Shown here in pieces: positions 8,638 to 18,466 of a stretch of 64,000 bases of DNA. Source of the DNA: Nitrospirales bacterium (GTDB lineage Bacteria > Nitrospirota > Nitrospiria > Nitrospirales > UBA8639). Below the pieces are notes generated by a model, which worked only from the letters and a program-made list of their open reading frames with translations, searched no databases and was not told the origin of the DNA. The stretch spans positions 384,001 through 448,000 of the forward strand of contig CBDCWC010000003.1 in the NCBI GenBank assembly GCA_965223295.1, written 5' to 3'. Within the stretch, counting starts at the first letter, position 1, and every line of letters starts with the position of its first letter. Made by a program: the position numbers and the translations under genes.

Positions 8638-9405
8638 TTATGGAGAGGCGGTAATGCGGCTTTTGATCTCATCAAAGGTGGCTTTGGGAATGACATTTTT
8701 AGCCACAAGTTCTCCGCGCAAGCGATAAGGGCGATTCGACACCACTTCTTCAGCCACTTCACGGCTCAATCCTAGTGATAACACCAAATCACTGACGGAA
8801 GCCTGATTGATATTCACTAAATTTGTCGCCACTTTCGGTAGTTTAGGTAAAGTAGCCACCTTTGGTGCTTTGGGTTTAGAAGGTAAGGCAACCTTTGAGG
8901 AGACAGGTGATGAGAGTTTTGGCTTCGAAGCTACAGCATTACGCTTCGTTGACCCAGAGGATGAGGACAGCCCTTCTCTACCCGTAGGATTATTGGACTC
9001 TTTGAGTTCCTTTTTATAGCGCAAGACGGTCTTTTTCAGAGCTGCATTTTGTGACTTCACCTTCTGGTATTGGGCGGTGATCACGCGCAACTTCGCGCTG
9101 AGTTGGGATTTTTCCTGATCTATTTCCCTTTCTCGTGTCTCAAGAAGAGTCTGCTCATTACTCCGCCCCTCTTTTACGCGTTGCAATTCCGCGGTCATCA
9201 TTTCCAAATCTGTAGAAATTTTTTCGTTCAAACCCTTGAGATTTCGGACTTGTTCTTCAAGTGCTTCCTGATGCATCCGCCCCTTTTCTAACTCGGCTTT
9301 AGCCGATTCCATATCAGCCACTGAAGCCTCATAGGTACTTTTCGACACCATACACCCGGGCAGTCCAAGAATCAGCATGATGGCTATCGCAACCCACCTT
9401 GTCAT
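8638..9405 (-). CDS. Lipoprotein with coiled coil and C-terminal helix-hairpin-helix (ComEA-like) domain
   Basis: Signal peptide ending LPGC; long heptad region; VNINQASVSDL...NRPY HhH signature. Confidence 0.7.
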   Translation of the reverse strand: MTRWVAIAIMLILGLPGCMVSKSTYEASVADMESAKAELEKGRMHQEALEEQVRNLKGLNEKISTDLEMMTAELQRVKEGRSNEQTLLETREREIDQEKSQLSAKLRVITAQYQKVKSQNAALKKTVLRYKKELKESNNPTGREGLSSSSGSTKRNAVASKPKLSSPVSSKVALPSKPKAPKVATLPKLPKVATNLVNINQASVSDLVLSLGLSREVAEEVVSNRPYRLRGELVAKNVIPKATFDEIKSRITASP

Positions 9406-9605
9406 ATCGACCTCCTCATATCTCTGAACACAGAATAGTCATCCATGAGCATTCAACCTACTTTCAGGTCAGGACTTCGAAACGTCACCTATAACATAAT
9501 GATGTATTGTATCTAGAAGGTTATGTCAAGCCAACAGTTATCAAGAAGCGTGAGGCACTACAAACACGTCTTTCTCTTCCATCCTTACTTCTTACTTTTC
9601 ACGTT

Positions 9606-10400
9606 TTACCCCTCGACATACCATTGAGGCTGTCGATCCCTGAGTAAATCATTATATGGATTGATGTGTTTATTACGAGCCTCATCCACCACGATTTCAC
9701 ATGTATACAATTCCTGTTCGGTTCGCGAGGCCCGATGCACAATTTGACCATTCGGAGCCACAATTTCACTCCATCCAATAAATGACAAGGCTTCTTTGTT
9801 CCCTCGCTGTTCTTTACCGACTCGGTTGGCGGTAATTGCAAACACCCGATTTTCTAAGCATCGGGTGACCATGGCATCGGGACAATGGGGTAACACAAGA
9901 TTACTGGGATGGCAAAGAATATCGGCCCCTTTGAGAGCTAAGGTTCGAGCTGCCTCGGGATAAAACCAATCAAAACAGACCAAGAGCCCGACTTTTGCCT
10001 GACCAATGTCCCACACATGAAATCCCGTATTGCCAGGAGCAAACCAGAGGGTCTCTTCAAAAAATAGGTGGGTTTTTCGATAGGTTCCCAGATACCCTTT
10101 TGGACCAATTAACACTGCCGAATTATACACACAGTCTTGCCCCCGCTCAGCCAGCCCTACAACAACATGCAGCGCCCGGCTCCCGATCGCCTGCTCAAGA
10201 CGTTGACAGATGGAGCCAGAAGGAACATCTTCCGCCAATTCCCAGGCTTCTTCGTGAGAAACAAATTGGTATCCTGACAGTGCCAGTTCAGGAAGGACCA
10301 AGAGATCCCCTTGGAATGAATGGATAGCCTCGACTATTAATTCCAGATTCTGCTGAATCTCGCCAAACTGCGGAGCAAATTGGAAAAATCCTACTTTCAT
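9606..10400 (-). CDS. Carbon-nitrogen hydrolase (nitrilase superfamily)
   Basis: LVLPEL, YRKTHL, VCFDW (E-K-C triad); start set at MKVGFFQ. Confidence 0.92.
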   Translation of the reverse strand: MKVGFFQFAPQFGEIQQNLELIVEAIHSFQGDLLVLPELALSGYQFVSHEEAWELAEDVPSGSICQRLEQAIGSRALHVVVGLAERGQDCVYNSAVLIGPKGYLGTYRKTHLFFEETLWFAPGNTGFHVWDIGQAKVGLLVCFDWFYPEAARTLALKGADILCHPSNLVLPHCPDAMVTRCLENRVFAITANRVGKEQRGNKEALSFIGWSEIVAPNGQIVHRASRTEQELYTCEIVVDEARNKHINPYNDLLRDRQPQWYVEG

Positions 10401-10427
10401 AGTTGCAACAGATTCACATTCACTCAC

Positions 10428-10459
10428 AAAAAAAGCGGGTAGAGTTTCCCCTACCCGCC
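10428..10459 (-). terminator. Rho-independent terminator after smbP
   Basis: Minus strand gcgggtag-gggaaact-ctacccgc followed by T7. Confidence 0.75.
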
Positions 10460-10487
10460 TTTCCAGCAATATTCAAAGTTTAACCAA

Positions 10488-10844
10488 TCAATGAACCTCT
10501 TTCATATGCATCACGGCACTCTGAGCGTGCTTTGTTCCAACTTCTGCATGCCCTGCCTTACCATGAGTCACGGCTTCCATCAGCTCATGCACCCCTTCAT
10601 CCAAATGAGGATTCTTCACCTCTTTTTGTGCCGCTTGCGCATGGGTTAAGGCTTCTTGCGCATGCTCCACCAAGGCATCGGCATGCCCCTGTCCTCCATG
10701 TTCTGCCGCGCCTTCGGCATGGGCAATGGCTTCAGCTACATGAGGATTTCCATCAGCAAAGGCCGCGCTCCCCCATGTTCCGACCGTGAGTAATGCCAAC
10801 ATGCCCAACAAACCAATACTTTTCACCAATACTTCAATACGCAT
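10488..10844 (-). CDS. smbP: Small metal-binding protein SmbP-like (periplasmic, His-rich)
   Basis: Signal peptide; His recurring about every 7 residues (HVAEAIAHAEGAAEHGGQGHADALVEHAQEALTHA). Confidence 0.85.
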   Translation of the reverse strand: MRIEVLVKSIGLLGMLALLTVGTWGSAAFADGNPHVAEAIAHAEGAAEHGGQGHADALVEHAQEALTHAQAAQKEVKNPHLDEGVHELMEAVTHGKAGHAEVGTKHAQSAVMHMKEVH

Positions 10845-10924
10845 CTCTAACCTCCTTTTATGTTATAAAAAACCCTAAGAACACTCGTACCCCTTTTCTA
10901 TCCTCTCATGCAGTCTGAATACTT

Positions 10925-11809
10925 TCAAGATGCTTTCATCGGCTCAGCATTGTTCACTTTATGGAGAAGCTTCACATCTTTCTCTGCTGGAGCCGCAAAA
11001 TCTCTCGACCATTCCCACCAAGAACCAGGATAGGTTTTGACCTGGTCAAACCCCACATAGCGCAAGAGACAATAGACCCACGCAGCCCTCACTCCCCCAA
11101 GACAATAGGTAATGATTTCTTGATCTTCTCGCAAACCATGTTCTTCAAAAATTTGTCGAACCTGTTCGGCAGGTTTGACGGTTGCATCTCGTTGAAGAAA
11201 TTGATTCCAGGAAATATTGATAGCCGATGGAATATGTCCGGCCCGCGGCAACCCATCAATCTCTTTCCCAGCATATTCTTCAACGCTGCGGGCATCAAGA
11301 ATCACCGTATTGAGATGTTGCCCCTTCACAATTTTTTTTAAGGCATCCTTATTGATAATAAGCTCTGGATTTGGATTGGCTGTAAAATCCCCCACGGACT
11401 TTTTCATCACATCATGCTCAAAGGGCCGTTGTTCCGCAATCCATTTTACCCAGCCACCATCTAAAATTCGAACGCTCGGATGCCCCAAATACTGCAACAT
11501 CCAAAACATTCGCCCTTCATCTCCCCAGTTATCAAAGGGGTTCGAATAGATCACAACATCACTATCCTGATTAATACCCAGATTCCGAAGCCGTTGTTCC
11601 AGTTGTGATACATCCGGATTCAACACACCTTTGGCCACAGACGAAGGATCGCTGTACTCATGCCACGTACTATGCACCGCTCCTGGAATATGCGAAGAAT
11701 AGGCCGCCCGACCTCGGACATCAATGAGCACTAACCCCTCACGTCCTAAATTTTGAGATAATGTTTCGGAATCAATGAAAAAATTTTGTGTCGCGATCAT
11801 AACCGTCAT
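10925..11809 (-). CDS. Tandem-rhodanese sulfurtransferase (SseA/TST-like)
   Basis: HIPGAVH, ILDGG, LDARS..EY, GHIPSA, YCLGGVRA active loop, YPGSWWEW. Confidence 0.92.
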   Translation of the reverse strand: MTVMIATQNFFIDSETLSQNLGREGLVLIDVRGRAAYSSHIPGAVHSTWHEYSDPSSVAKGVLNPDVSQLEQRLRNLGINQDSDVVIYSNPFDNWGDEGRMFWMLQYLGHPSVRILDGGWVKWIAEQRPFEHDVMKKSVGDFTANPNPELIINKDALKKIVKGQHLNTVILDARSVEEYAGKEIDGLPRAGHIPSAINISWNQFLQRDATVKPAEQVRQIFEEHGLREDQEIITYCLGGVRAAWVYCLLRYVGFDQVKTYPGSWWEWSRDFAAPAEKDVKLLHKVNNAEPMKAS

Positions 11810-11816
11810 ATACCTT

Positions 11817-13148
11817 TTATGAATGAAGTGAAGACATCCGTATCAGATTTTCGGAGGAACTATCCTCGGGAGACACCGCACAACCCACCCGCGGATCAAC
11901 CTCTTGATCCTCTAACGTAGCGGATAACGCCGGACCTAGTGGAAACTCTCGTTCATACACCGTAAACACATAGGGATCATCGGCGGTTAGACTATATTGA
12001 TCCTCCAGCATCTGATGTTGATCATCCGTCAAAATATGATACCGGATTCTAGCCTGTACGCTCCACCCTTTCTCACCTTTAGGCACTTTATAGGCAAAGG
12101 TATAGTCTCGACTGGCTAACGGGAGAAGACGGTTATCATACACCTCGACGATGACTGGTTGCCAGAGGATCCAACGACCCATCGTATCTGCCTGTTGATG
12201 GACGACAGTCCCCTGTGGATTACGGACCATAAATTCAACAGTAAAATGCCGATCCGGATCACCGGTCGGGATCTTATGTCCCGCACCTGCGTTGATAAGA
12301 GTCAGCGTAAAACTGACCTCTTCCCCGGGATTCGGCGCCGGAGGATCAGCCTGCACCTGAACCGCCACAGCCCGCTTGACCATGTCAGGATCGTGCCCAC
12401 CTCGCCAAAGATGCCGTCGGCCAAATCGAATAGGGCTGCCCTTAGCCACCGGACGTTTCACCTCAGGCATATGACAATTCTGACAAATCAACCCTTTCTC
12501 CTTCATAAAAAACGTCCCCTCATATTCGGAGAACGTCCCGCAAGGACCTACGGCATAAAACTGTGTCGGACCAGAAACCACGCTATGGCATCGATAACAG
12601 ACCTGTGTCGTTCGGAAAGACGGATCAAATTGCGTGGGGTGGGGAGCTGCCGAATCATCATAGGGACCCAGGATTTTCCCATCTCGAACATGACAGGCCG
12701 CACAAGTCACCCCTTCCTGTTGATATTCCGGATCGTAGCGATAGTTAGGAATTTCAAAGGCCTTTTCCACACGATCATTGGGAATATCCTGTATCAGCGT
12801 CGGCTGTTGGTTTTCCAAGGGAGTATGACAATTCAAACAGACCCAAATATTGTTATCTTTCTTCCAATAGGCCTGAAAAAATGGATCCTTATAGGCTTGG
12901 GCATGAATGCTAGACTTCCACTCCTGATAAATTTCTTCATGACATTCTCCACATTCTTCCGCTTTGAGACTTTGCAGGCCGATAGGCACCTGCTGATAGG
13001 GAATGGCATGAGCATAATCATCACGTAAGCCAAAAATCACAACGGGGCGCACTTCCGTGTAAAAATAATAGCCCCCAATTCCTACAACCAGAAAGAGGAA
13101 CAGCCACATCCTCACGCGCCAGGATCGTTTAGGCTTCATGGGCCTCAA
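11817..13148 (-). CDS. Membrane-anchored multiheme cytochrome c (c554-like), 5 CxxCH
   Basis: CGECH, CLNCH, CAACH, CYRCH, CQNCH; N-terminal TM; GHKIPTGD. Confidence 0.9.
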   Translation of the reverse strand: MRPMKPKRSWRVRMWLFLFLVVGIGGYYFYTEVRPVVIFGLRDDYAHAIPYQQVPIGLQSLKAEECGECHEEIYQEWKSSIHAQAYKDPFFQAYWKKDNNIWVCLNCHTPLENQQPTLIQDIPNDRVEKAFEIPNYRYDPEYQQEGVTCAACHVRDGKILGPYDDSAAPHPTQFDPSFRTTQVCYRCHSVVSGPTQFYAVGPCGTFSEYEGTFFMKEKGLICQNCHMPEVKRPVAKGSPIRFGRRHLWRGGHDPDMVKRAVAVQVQADPPAPNPGEEVSFTLTLINAGAGHKIPTGDPDRHFTVEFMVRNPQGTVVHQQADTMGRWILWQPVIVEVYDNRLLPLASRDYTFAYKVPKGEKGWSVQARIRYHILTDDQHQMLEDQYSLTADDPYVFTVYEREFPLGPALSATLEDQEVDPRVGCAVSPEDSSSENLIRMSSLHS

Positions 13149-14089
13149 ATCTCAAGCAACTCCTGAATGTGCTGATCGACCGATCCGGCCAAAGCTTGTA
13201 AATGATAGCCTCCCTCTAAACAAGCCAAAAGACGTCCCCCAGAGAAATTCTTGGCAATCGAAGCCACAATCGTTGTGAGATCTTTATAGCCCTGTCTTGT
13301 CAGATTCATACTGGCAAGGGGATCATCCCGATGAGCGTCAAACCCAGCTGAAATCACCACGAATTCAGGCTGAAATGCCTCGGCCGCTGGGACCAACACG
13401 TTCTGAAACACTGCGCCATACTCCTCATTTCCCTGTCCTCCTGAGAGAGGCACATTAATGGTGAAGCCTTTGCCCTTTCCATGACCAGTTTCCTTGGCAT
13501 ACCCAGTTCCAGGATAAAAGGGAAATTGATGTGTGCTAAAAAACAAAACCGTCTCATCATTGTAGAAAGCATGTTGTGTCCCATTTCCATGATGCACATC
13601 CCAATCCACAATTAAGATGCGCTGCAGACCATGTTGTTGCTGTATATACCGGGCCGCAACCGCCACCGTGTTCAAAAAACAAAATCCCATCGCACGATCA
13701 GCCTCGGCATGATGCCCGGGCGGGCGGGCTGCACAAAACGCTTGATCAATCTCGTGGTTCATTATGGCATCAACCGCAGCCAGCGCACCGCCAGTCGCCA
13801 GATACGCCGCGTCCAAGGTGCCTGGAGACATCGTCGTGTCCGGATCTAAGGACGTATAGCCATCATGAGGAGAACGTCTTTCTAGACTATCGAGATAGGA
13901 CGGAGCATGAATGTGTTCAATCCACTGCCGTTCAGCTCGGCGAGGTGTTAGTTGATATAAACGAGACCAAGTCCCGGAGGATTGTAACTGAGCACAAATG
14001 GCGCGAAGCCGCTCGGGCGCCTCAGGATGGCCACGCCCCATTTCGTGGCCCAAATACCGAGGATCATACACAAAACCGACACGTCCCAT
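13145..14089 (-). CDS. Histone deacetylase family (AcuC/AphA-like) amidohydrolase
   Basis: HPEAPERL, RPPGHHA, MGFC, DWDVHHGNGTQ, SAGFDAH, LEGGY. Confidence 0.95.
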   Translation of the reverse strand: MGRVGFVYDPRYLGHEMGRGHPEAPERLRAICAQLQSSGTWSRLYQLTPRRAERQWIEHIHAPSYLDSLERRSPHDGYTSLDPDTTMSPGTLDAAYLATGGALAAVDAIMNHEIDQAFCAARPPGHHAEADRAMGFCFLNTVAVAARYIQQQHGLQRILIVDWDVHHGNGTQHAFYNDETVLFFSTHQFPFYPGTGYAKETGHGKGKGFTINVPLSGGQGNEEYGAVFQNVLVPAAEAFQPEFVVISAGFDAHRDDPLASMNLTRQGYKDLTTIVASIAKNFSGGRLLACLEGGYHLQALAGSVDQHIQELLEI

Positions 14090-14289
14090 GGCTACGAAAT
14101 CTGAAGGTTCACAATCACAACATGAATGGGGAAACAATCAACACATGCCCGATTTTTGACTGGACTTTAGGAAGGAAAATCGTGCTGAATCCTACCATAG
14201 CCTCTGTTCTTAGACAACGCATTCAGGGACATGATAGGGTGATGGTTCTTCATCAAAACTAGAGGTATTCTGTCAGAAAACAATCCGTT

Positions 14290-14607
14290 ATGGCGAATCC
14301 CAAAATCGAACAATTCAAGAAAGTTTTGCAGCTTGACCCCAAGGACGAAACTCTTTGGTTTGGATTAGGGAAAGCCTATATGAGCGAAAAAAATTGGGGA
14401 GAAGCCATTCCCGCCCTGGAACAATGCATTCAGGTCAGATCTGACTATTCCGCAGCATTCTATGCTTTGGCCCAGTCACTCCAACAACAAAACGAGTATG
14501 AGAAATGTCGGTCCGTATGCACCGACGGTATCGCCGTCGCGACAACCAATGGCGACTTGCTTGTTATTAAAAATTTGGAAGAACTGCGAAACTCGCTTCC
14601 CTCCTGA
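14290..14607 (+). CDS. Small TPR protein
   Basis: Two TPR-like motifs (LWFGLGKAY, YSAAFYALAQSL). Confidence 0.85.
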   Translation: MANPKIEQFKKVLQLDPKDETLWFGLGKAYMSEKNWGEAIPALEQCIQVRSDYSAAFYALAQSLQQQNEYEKCRSVCTDGIAVATTNGDLLVIKNLEELRNSLPS

Positions 14608-14661
14608 TCACTGCTCGAAAGAGTTTCCAGTCCAAAGAGAACAGCTTCCATCTCATCTAAA

Positions 14662-14851
14662 GCGAGCGTTGAATAATGAGGTATCAAAGGCCATGGTTCG
14701 TCAGATAGCCCTTGGCGATCAACAACGTCGGGTCGGCTCAAAAAATTCCGTCCAGCAAGGCCACAGCCATTTTTGCGCGCGGAGCGTACTGGCACGACGT
14801 GAGCACGGAAAAATGGCGAGAACGCCACTGACGGCTTTTTTCAACAGACCC
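14662..14851 (+). mobile_element. ~190-bp MITE, TSD CTAAA
   Basis: gcgagcgttgaataa...tttttcaacagaccc flanked by ctaaa on both sides. Confidence 0.88.
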
Positions 14852-15613
14852 CTAAAGCATATTCTCGATCATTTGAATTTCTCTTGCCGGCATCTTAAAC
14901 CGCGCAAATGCATTGTGAGCAAGGAGCCGCACCCGAGGATACCTGGGTGTTCCTGAGGAACGCGTGACATAGGAGACTTGGTGAATTCGTATGGCATTCT
15001 GGGCAATCTGCGCCGGAGCATTCCACAGAGTTAACAACACTGCGCTCAATTGCGGCACTTCGGCTAATACTCCAACCAGCATGCCGGTTAAACGCTGAAG
15101 ATCCAAAGAACAAATATCTCGCCTGGAAACAGCCTTCTCCATAATATCTGGAACACTCACAGCCAAGAGGACTGGTGCACAATATTTTTCCAATTGTTTC
15201 GCCTTTTCACTCATACGAGCTACCAAACGTTTCACCAAGGCCTGCTCAAAGAACTCATCGAATTCATCATCTTTTTCGTCACGCAGAATAGCCTGAGATC
15301 TCTTCACTGAACCCTGCGTCGATTGAATAACCGTCACTTCTACAAAGAGTCGGTGTCCATCGACATAGCATTCTAAATCAGCGGTCCTGCCACTTGATGC
15401 TTTTAAAAAAGACAATGAAAATCCCGCCTCAGCCAGGAAAGAGGCGGTTTGAATTTCTGCCTGCGCCGATGTACTCTGCCCTGAGGGGAACTGACTGATT
15501 TGCGCCCACAAGTCAGCGAGCCGATTCTGGCTATCTCCATCAGGACAACATCCCATCAATCTCTGCCACTGGTCATGAACAGGCAAAAGATAGCCTGAAA
15601 GGTTTTCGTTCAT
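14852..15613 (-). CDS. Hypothetical protein (possible restriction-endonuclease-like fold)
   Basis: 253 aa ORF with RBS (aggagg); TADLECYVDGHRLFVEVT is PD-(D/E)xK-like, a weak hint. Confidence 0.6.
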   Translation of the reverse strand: MNENLSGYLLPVHDQWQRLMGCCPDGDSQNRLADLWAQISQFPSGQSTSAQAEIQTASFLAEAGFSLSFLKASSGRTADLECYVDGHRLFVEVTVIQSTQGSVKRSQAILRDEKDDEFDEFFEQALVKRLVARMSEKAKQLEKYCAPVLLAVSVPDIMEKAVSRRDICSLDLQRLTGMLVGVLAEVPQLSAVLLTLWNAPAQIAQNAIRIHQVSYVTRSSGTPRYPRVRLLAHNAFARFKMPAREIQMIENML

Positions 15614-15741
15614 GAAAGAGAGTCCTCCTTGATTACCTGTACAAGCATACCAAGAACTGAAAAAACCTGGCTATCTTCAAAGCAGAATGAGAGGAAACAA
15701 AGAATGGACGCAGAATGGGAGAAACAGATTCTGTTGACAAA

Positions 15742-15932
15742 GGGAGTGTTGAATAATGATGATATCAAGAGTCATATTTCGCCAGGAAGCCCTTGGCGAT
15801 CAACCGCGTCGGGTCGGTTCAAAAAAATCCGTCCAGCAAGGCCACAGCCATGTTTGCGCGCGGAACGTACTGGTATGACGTGAGCACGGAAAAAGGGGGA
15901 GAACGCCGCTGACGGCTTTTTTCAACAGACCC
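15742..15932 (+). mobile_element. ~190-bp MITE, TSD ACAAA
   Basis: gggagtgttgaataa...ttttcaacagaccc flanked by acaaa on both sides. Confidence 0.88.
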
Positions 15933-16040
15933 ACAAAATAAGAAACCCGTCTTTATGGCAACGGCCTACTAGTTCTCTGACTCGAGTTTTGTCATACGAG
16001 GCCTGCGAAGATGGCCAGCCACAGGCTTGAGCAGTTTTTC

Positions 16041-16472
16041 CTAGTCGCGTGAGCGCTGAATGGTCTGATAAATCACTTCCAATAATTTTTCCAGCTCTAC
16101 GCTCTTCGTAAACACCTGACAGACTCCTTCGCGTTGAACTTCATCAACATTGAACGCACCAGTATAGGCCGTCAACAAAATGATCGGCACGGAAGGACGC
16201 CGTTGGCGAATATGTTTCGCCGTCTCTACGCCATTGAGACCCGACATTTTATAATCCAAAATGACGACGTCGGCCAAAACCATTGTATGGGCTTGTTCAA
16301 TGATTGACTCCCCTGATTCAAACTCATGAACCTCGAACCCTTTTCGCCGCAAACGCCTCGCCAAACTGGTCCGCACAACCTGGTCATCATCGACAATACA
16401 GAGATGATGCCGGGACTGTTGATTACGGCCCAGCTTACCGGAAAGATGCTCGGGATTATTGCTCACAGACAC
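16041..16472 (-). CDS. Single-domain response regulator (receiver)
   Basis: IVDDD, ILDYKM (phospho-Asp), LLTAY, FTK. Confidence 0.88.
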   Translation of the reverse strand: MSVSNNPEHLSGKLGRNQQSRHHLCIVDDDQVVRTSLARRLRRKGFEVHEFESGESIIEQAHTMVLADVVILDYKMSGLNGVETAKHIRQRRPSVPIILLTAYTGAFNVDEVQREGVCQVFTKSVELEKLLEVIYQTIQRSRD

Positions 16473-16552
16473 CGATGTAGAGTGAAGAAAAAAAGAAAGG
16501 CAGAGACCACCTTGAAAGCACGCATTACATTCACGACTAGAATGTAACTTTA

Positions 16553-18109
16553 TTAGCGTTCTCGCTTGATTCCCAGCTTTTTTAAACGGCTCCTGAGAGT
16601 GCTAGGATTCAAGCCAAGCTGCTTGGCGGCTCCTAACGGTCCATCAATACGCCATTCACAGACTTTCAGGGCTTCTTGTATCCGAGACCGTTCCATGTCC
16701 TTCAAGTTGGTCGACGTACTGCTTACTACACGAGAGGAATGGCTCGGGAAAAAGGCATCATCAATCGTGAGCAAGTCTGAATTCGAAAGGATCATGGCCC
16801 GTTCAATAATATTTTTTAACTCCCTAATATTACCCGGCCAATGATACTCCAACAATTTTTGTAAGGAAGCGTCATCAATATCCTGGCAAGGGCGCTTGAA
16901 TTCCAGCCGGTTTTTTTCCATGAAATGTCGAACCAGTAAAGGAATATCTTGCGGCCGCTCACGAAGCGGTGGGACTTCAATGGGAAAAACGTGCAGTCGG
17001 TAAAATAAATCTGAACGAAATCGCCCTTCTTCCATGGCTTTACTCAATTCAGCGTTCGTCGCAGCAATAATTCTGACATCCACTTCCAAACTCTGAACAC
17101 TTCCCACCCGTTCAATAATTCCATCCTGCAGCACCCGCAATAATTTGGCCTGAGCTTCTAGAGGCATTTCTCCAATTTCATCTAAAAATAAGGCTCCCCC
17201 ATTGGCCAGTTCAAATTTCCCTGGTCTTAGCTGTTCCGCTCCAGTAAATGCTCCCTTTTCATGCCCAAACAATTCACTTTCCACCAATCCAGAGGGGAGT
17301 GACGCACAGTTAACCCGAACAAAAGGCTTTTCATGTCTCGGGCTTAACTCGTGGATGAACCGGGCTAGTAATTCTTTACCCGTTCCCGTTTCACCGGTGA
17401 TGAGAACCGAAGTATTGGTCGGAGCTACGGCTTGTGCTAACTCTATGATATTTTTAACCTTTTGGCTCTTTCCAATCATCGCCCCAAAATCATGCGAAAT
17501 TTTTATCTCTTCAAGTAAATAGGCATTTTCGCGGGCAAGCTTATCTCGTAAACGGCGAATTTCTTCATAGGCTTGCACATGATCAATTGCTAGTGCGATT
17601 TGTTTGGCTACCTGAGCCAAAAATTCCACGTTCTCTGGATCTGGCTTTCCAGACTCAACACTGCCGATGTTCAGAGAACCAAGACAGCTGTCACCAACCA
17701 TCAGTGGAAGGTTGATCATGCGCCCTAAGCCTTCTTCCCGATAATATGCATCCTCTAAAAACATTTGTTCTTGTTGAATATGGGGACGGATGTGTATTTG
17801 GCGATTGGCATACACCCAACCCATCGCACTACCTTCACGTGGAATGACCGCATCGCACTTCAAACGTACGATAGGCATGCTGGTCTCAACGGCATAAAAT
17901 CGAAAGGCATCAATATCTGCATGATAGAGAGTGATCCCTGCGCGCTCCCAGGAAACTATTTGTTTAATATGACCGGCAATAGCTTTCCAGAGACTTTCCG
18001 TGTCTTGCTGAAAATTGAGGACATTCGTGACCTCAAGTAGCGTTCGATAAAAGGTTTGTTTGTGAGGATTAATGGACTTGCCTGATAAGGAAGGAATATT
18101 CAATGACAC
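16553..18109 (-). CDS. GAF-domain sigma54-dependent activator (FhlA/NifA-like)
   Basis: GAF N-domain; GETGTGKE; ESELFGHEKGAFTGA; LFLDEIGE; WPGNIREL; Fis-type HTH. Confidence 0.95.
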   Translation of the reverse strand: MSLNIPSLSGKSINPHKQTFYRTLLEVTNVLNFQQDTESLWKAIAGHIKQIVSWERAGITLYHADIDAFRFYAVETSMPIVRLKCDAVIPREGSAMGWVYANRQIHIRPHIQQEQMFLEDAYYREEGLGRMINLPLMVGDSCLGSLNIGSVESGKPDPENVEFLAQVAKQIALAIDHVQAYEEIRRLRDKLARENAYLLEEIKISHDFGAMIGKSQKVKNIIELAQAVAPTNTSVLITGETGTGKELLARFIHELSPRHEKPFVRVNCASLPSGLVESELFGHEKGAFTGAEQLRPGKFELANGGALFLDEIGEMPLEAQAKLLRVLQDGIIERVGSVQSLEVDVRIIAATNAELSKAMEEGRFRSDLFYRLHVFPIEVPPLRERPQDIPLLVRHFMEKNRLEFKRPCQDIDDASLQKLLEYHWPGNIRELKNIIERAMILSNSDLLTIDDAFFPSHSSRVVSSTSTNLKDMERSRIQEALKVCEWRIDGPLGAAKQLGLNPSTLRSRLKKLGIKRER

Positions 18110-18402
18110 CTACTCTTTCCCGGCCAAAATTTGATAATCATCATGCTTGGATTCCACCGCAAAACAAAAGCAAAATTGATACCGTTACTAATTTATAGTT
18201 TTTCTTCTAAATTTTGGTATCAACAATACACTTTAAGTTGATTGTCGCGGTTTTATGTATTTTTCCTTGATATTTCCATAGTATTCACTTAAATATCACA
18301 CAATTCTTTATATATAGATTTCTAGAAAATTGTCTACGTGTGAAATTGCACATTAAGATATGTGTGAATTCGCACTTCTTGTTTCTTGAATATTCTTTAG
18401 AC

Positions 18403-18439
18403 AAAAAAGCAGGGGGCGACGGGTGTCGCCCCCTGCTTT
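18403..18439 (-). terminator. Rho-independent terminator after nxrB
   Basis: 15-bp perfect stem aaagcagggggcgac/gtcgccccctgcttt with T-run on the minus strand. Confidence 0.9.
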
Positions 18440-18466
18440 CTCCTCAACGGTGCCCGTCGGCTCCGC

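Noticed and set aside
12159-13028. 289-aa plus-strand ORF
   Set aside because: Antisense to the multiheme cytochrome with no recognisable motifs.
14460-14956. ORFs such as 14460-14828, 14462-14956, 15629-15883, 25923-26191, 58769-59153, 61040-61504 and 63208-63491 sharing motifs like QQGHSH/ARSVL
   Set aside because: Translations of the MITE, not a protein family.
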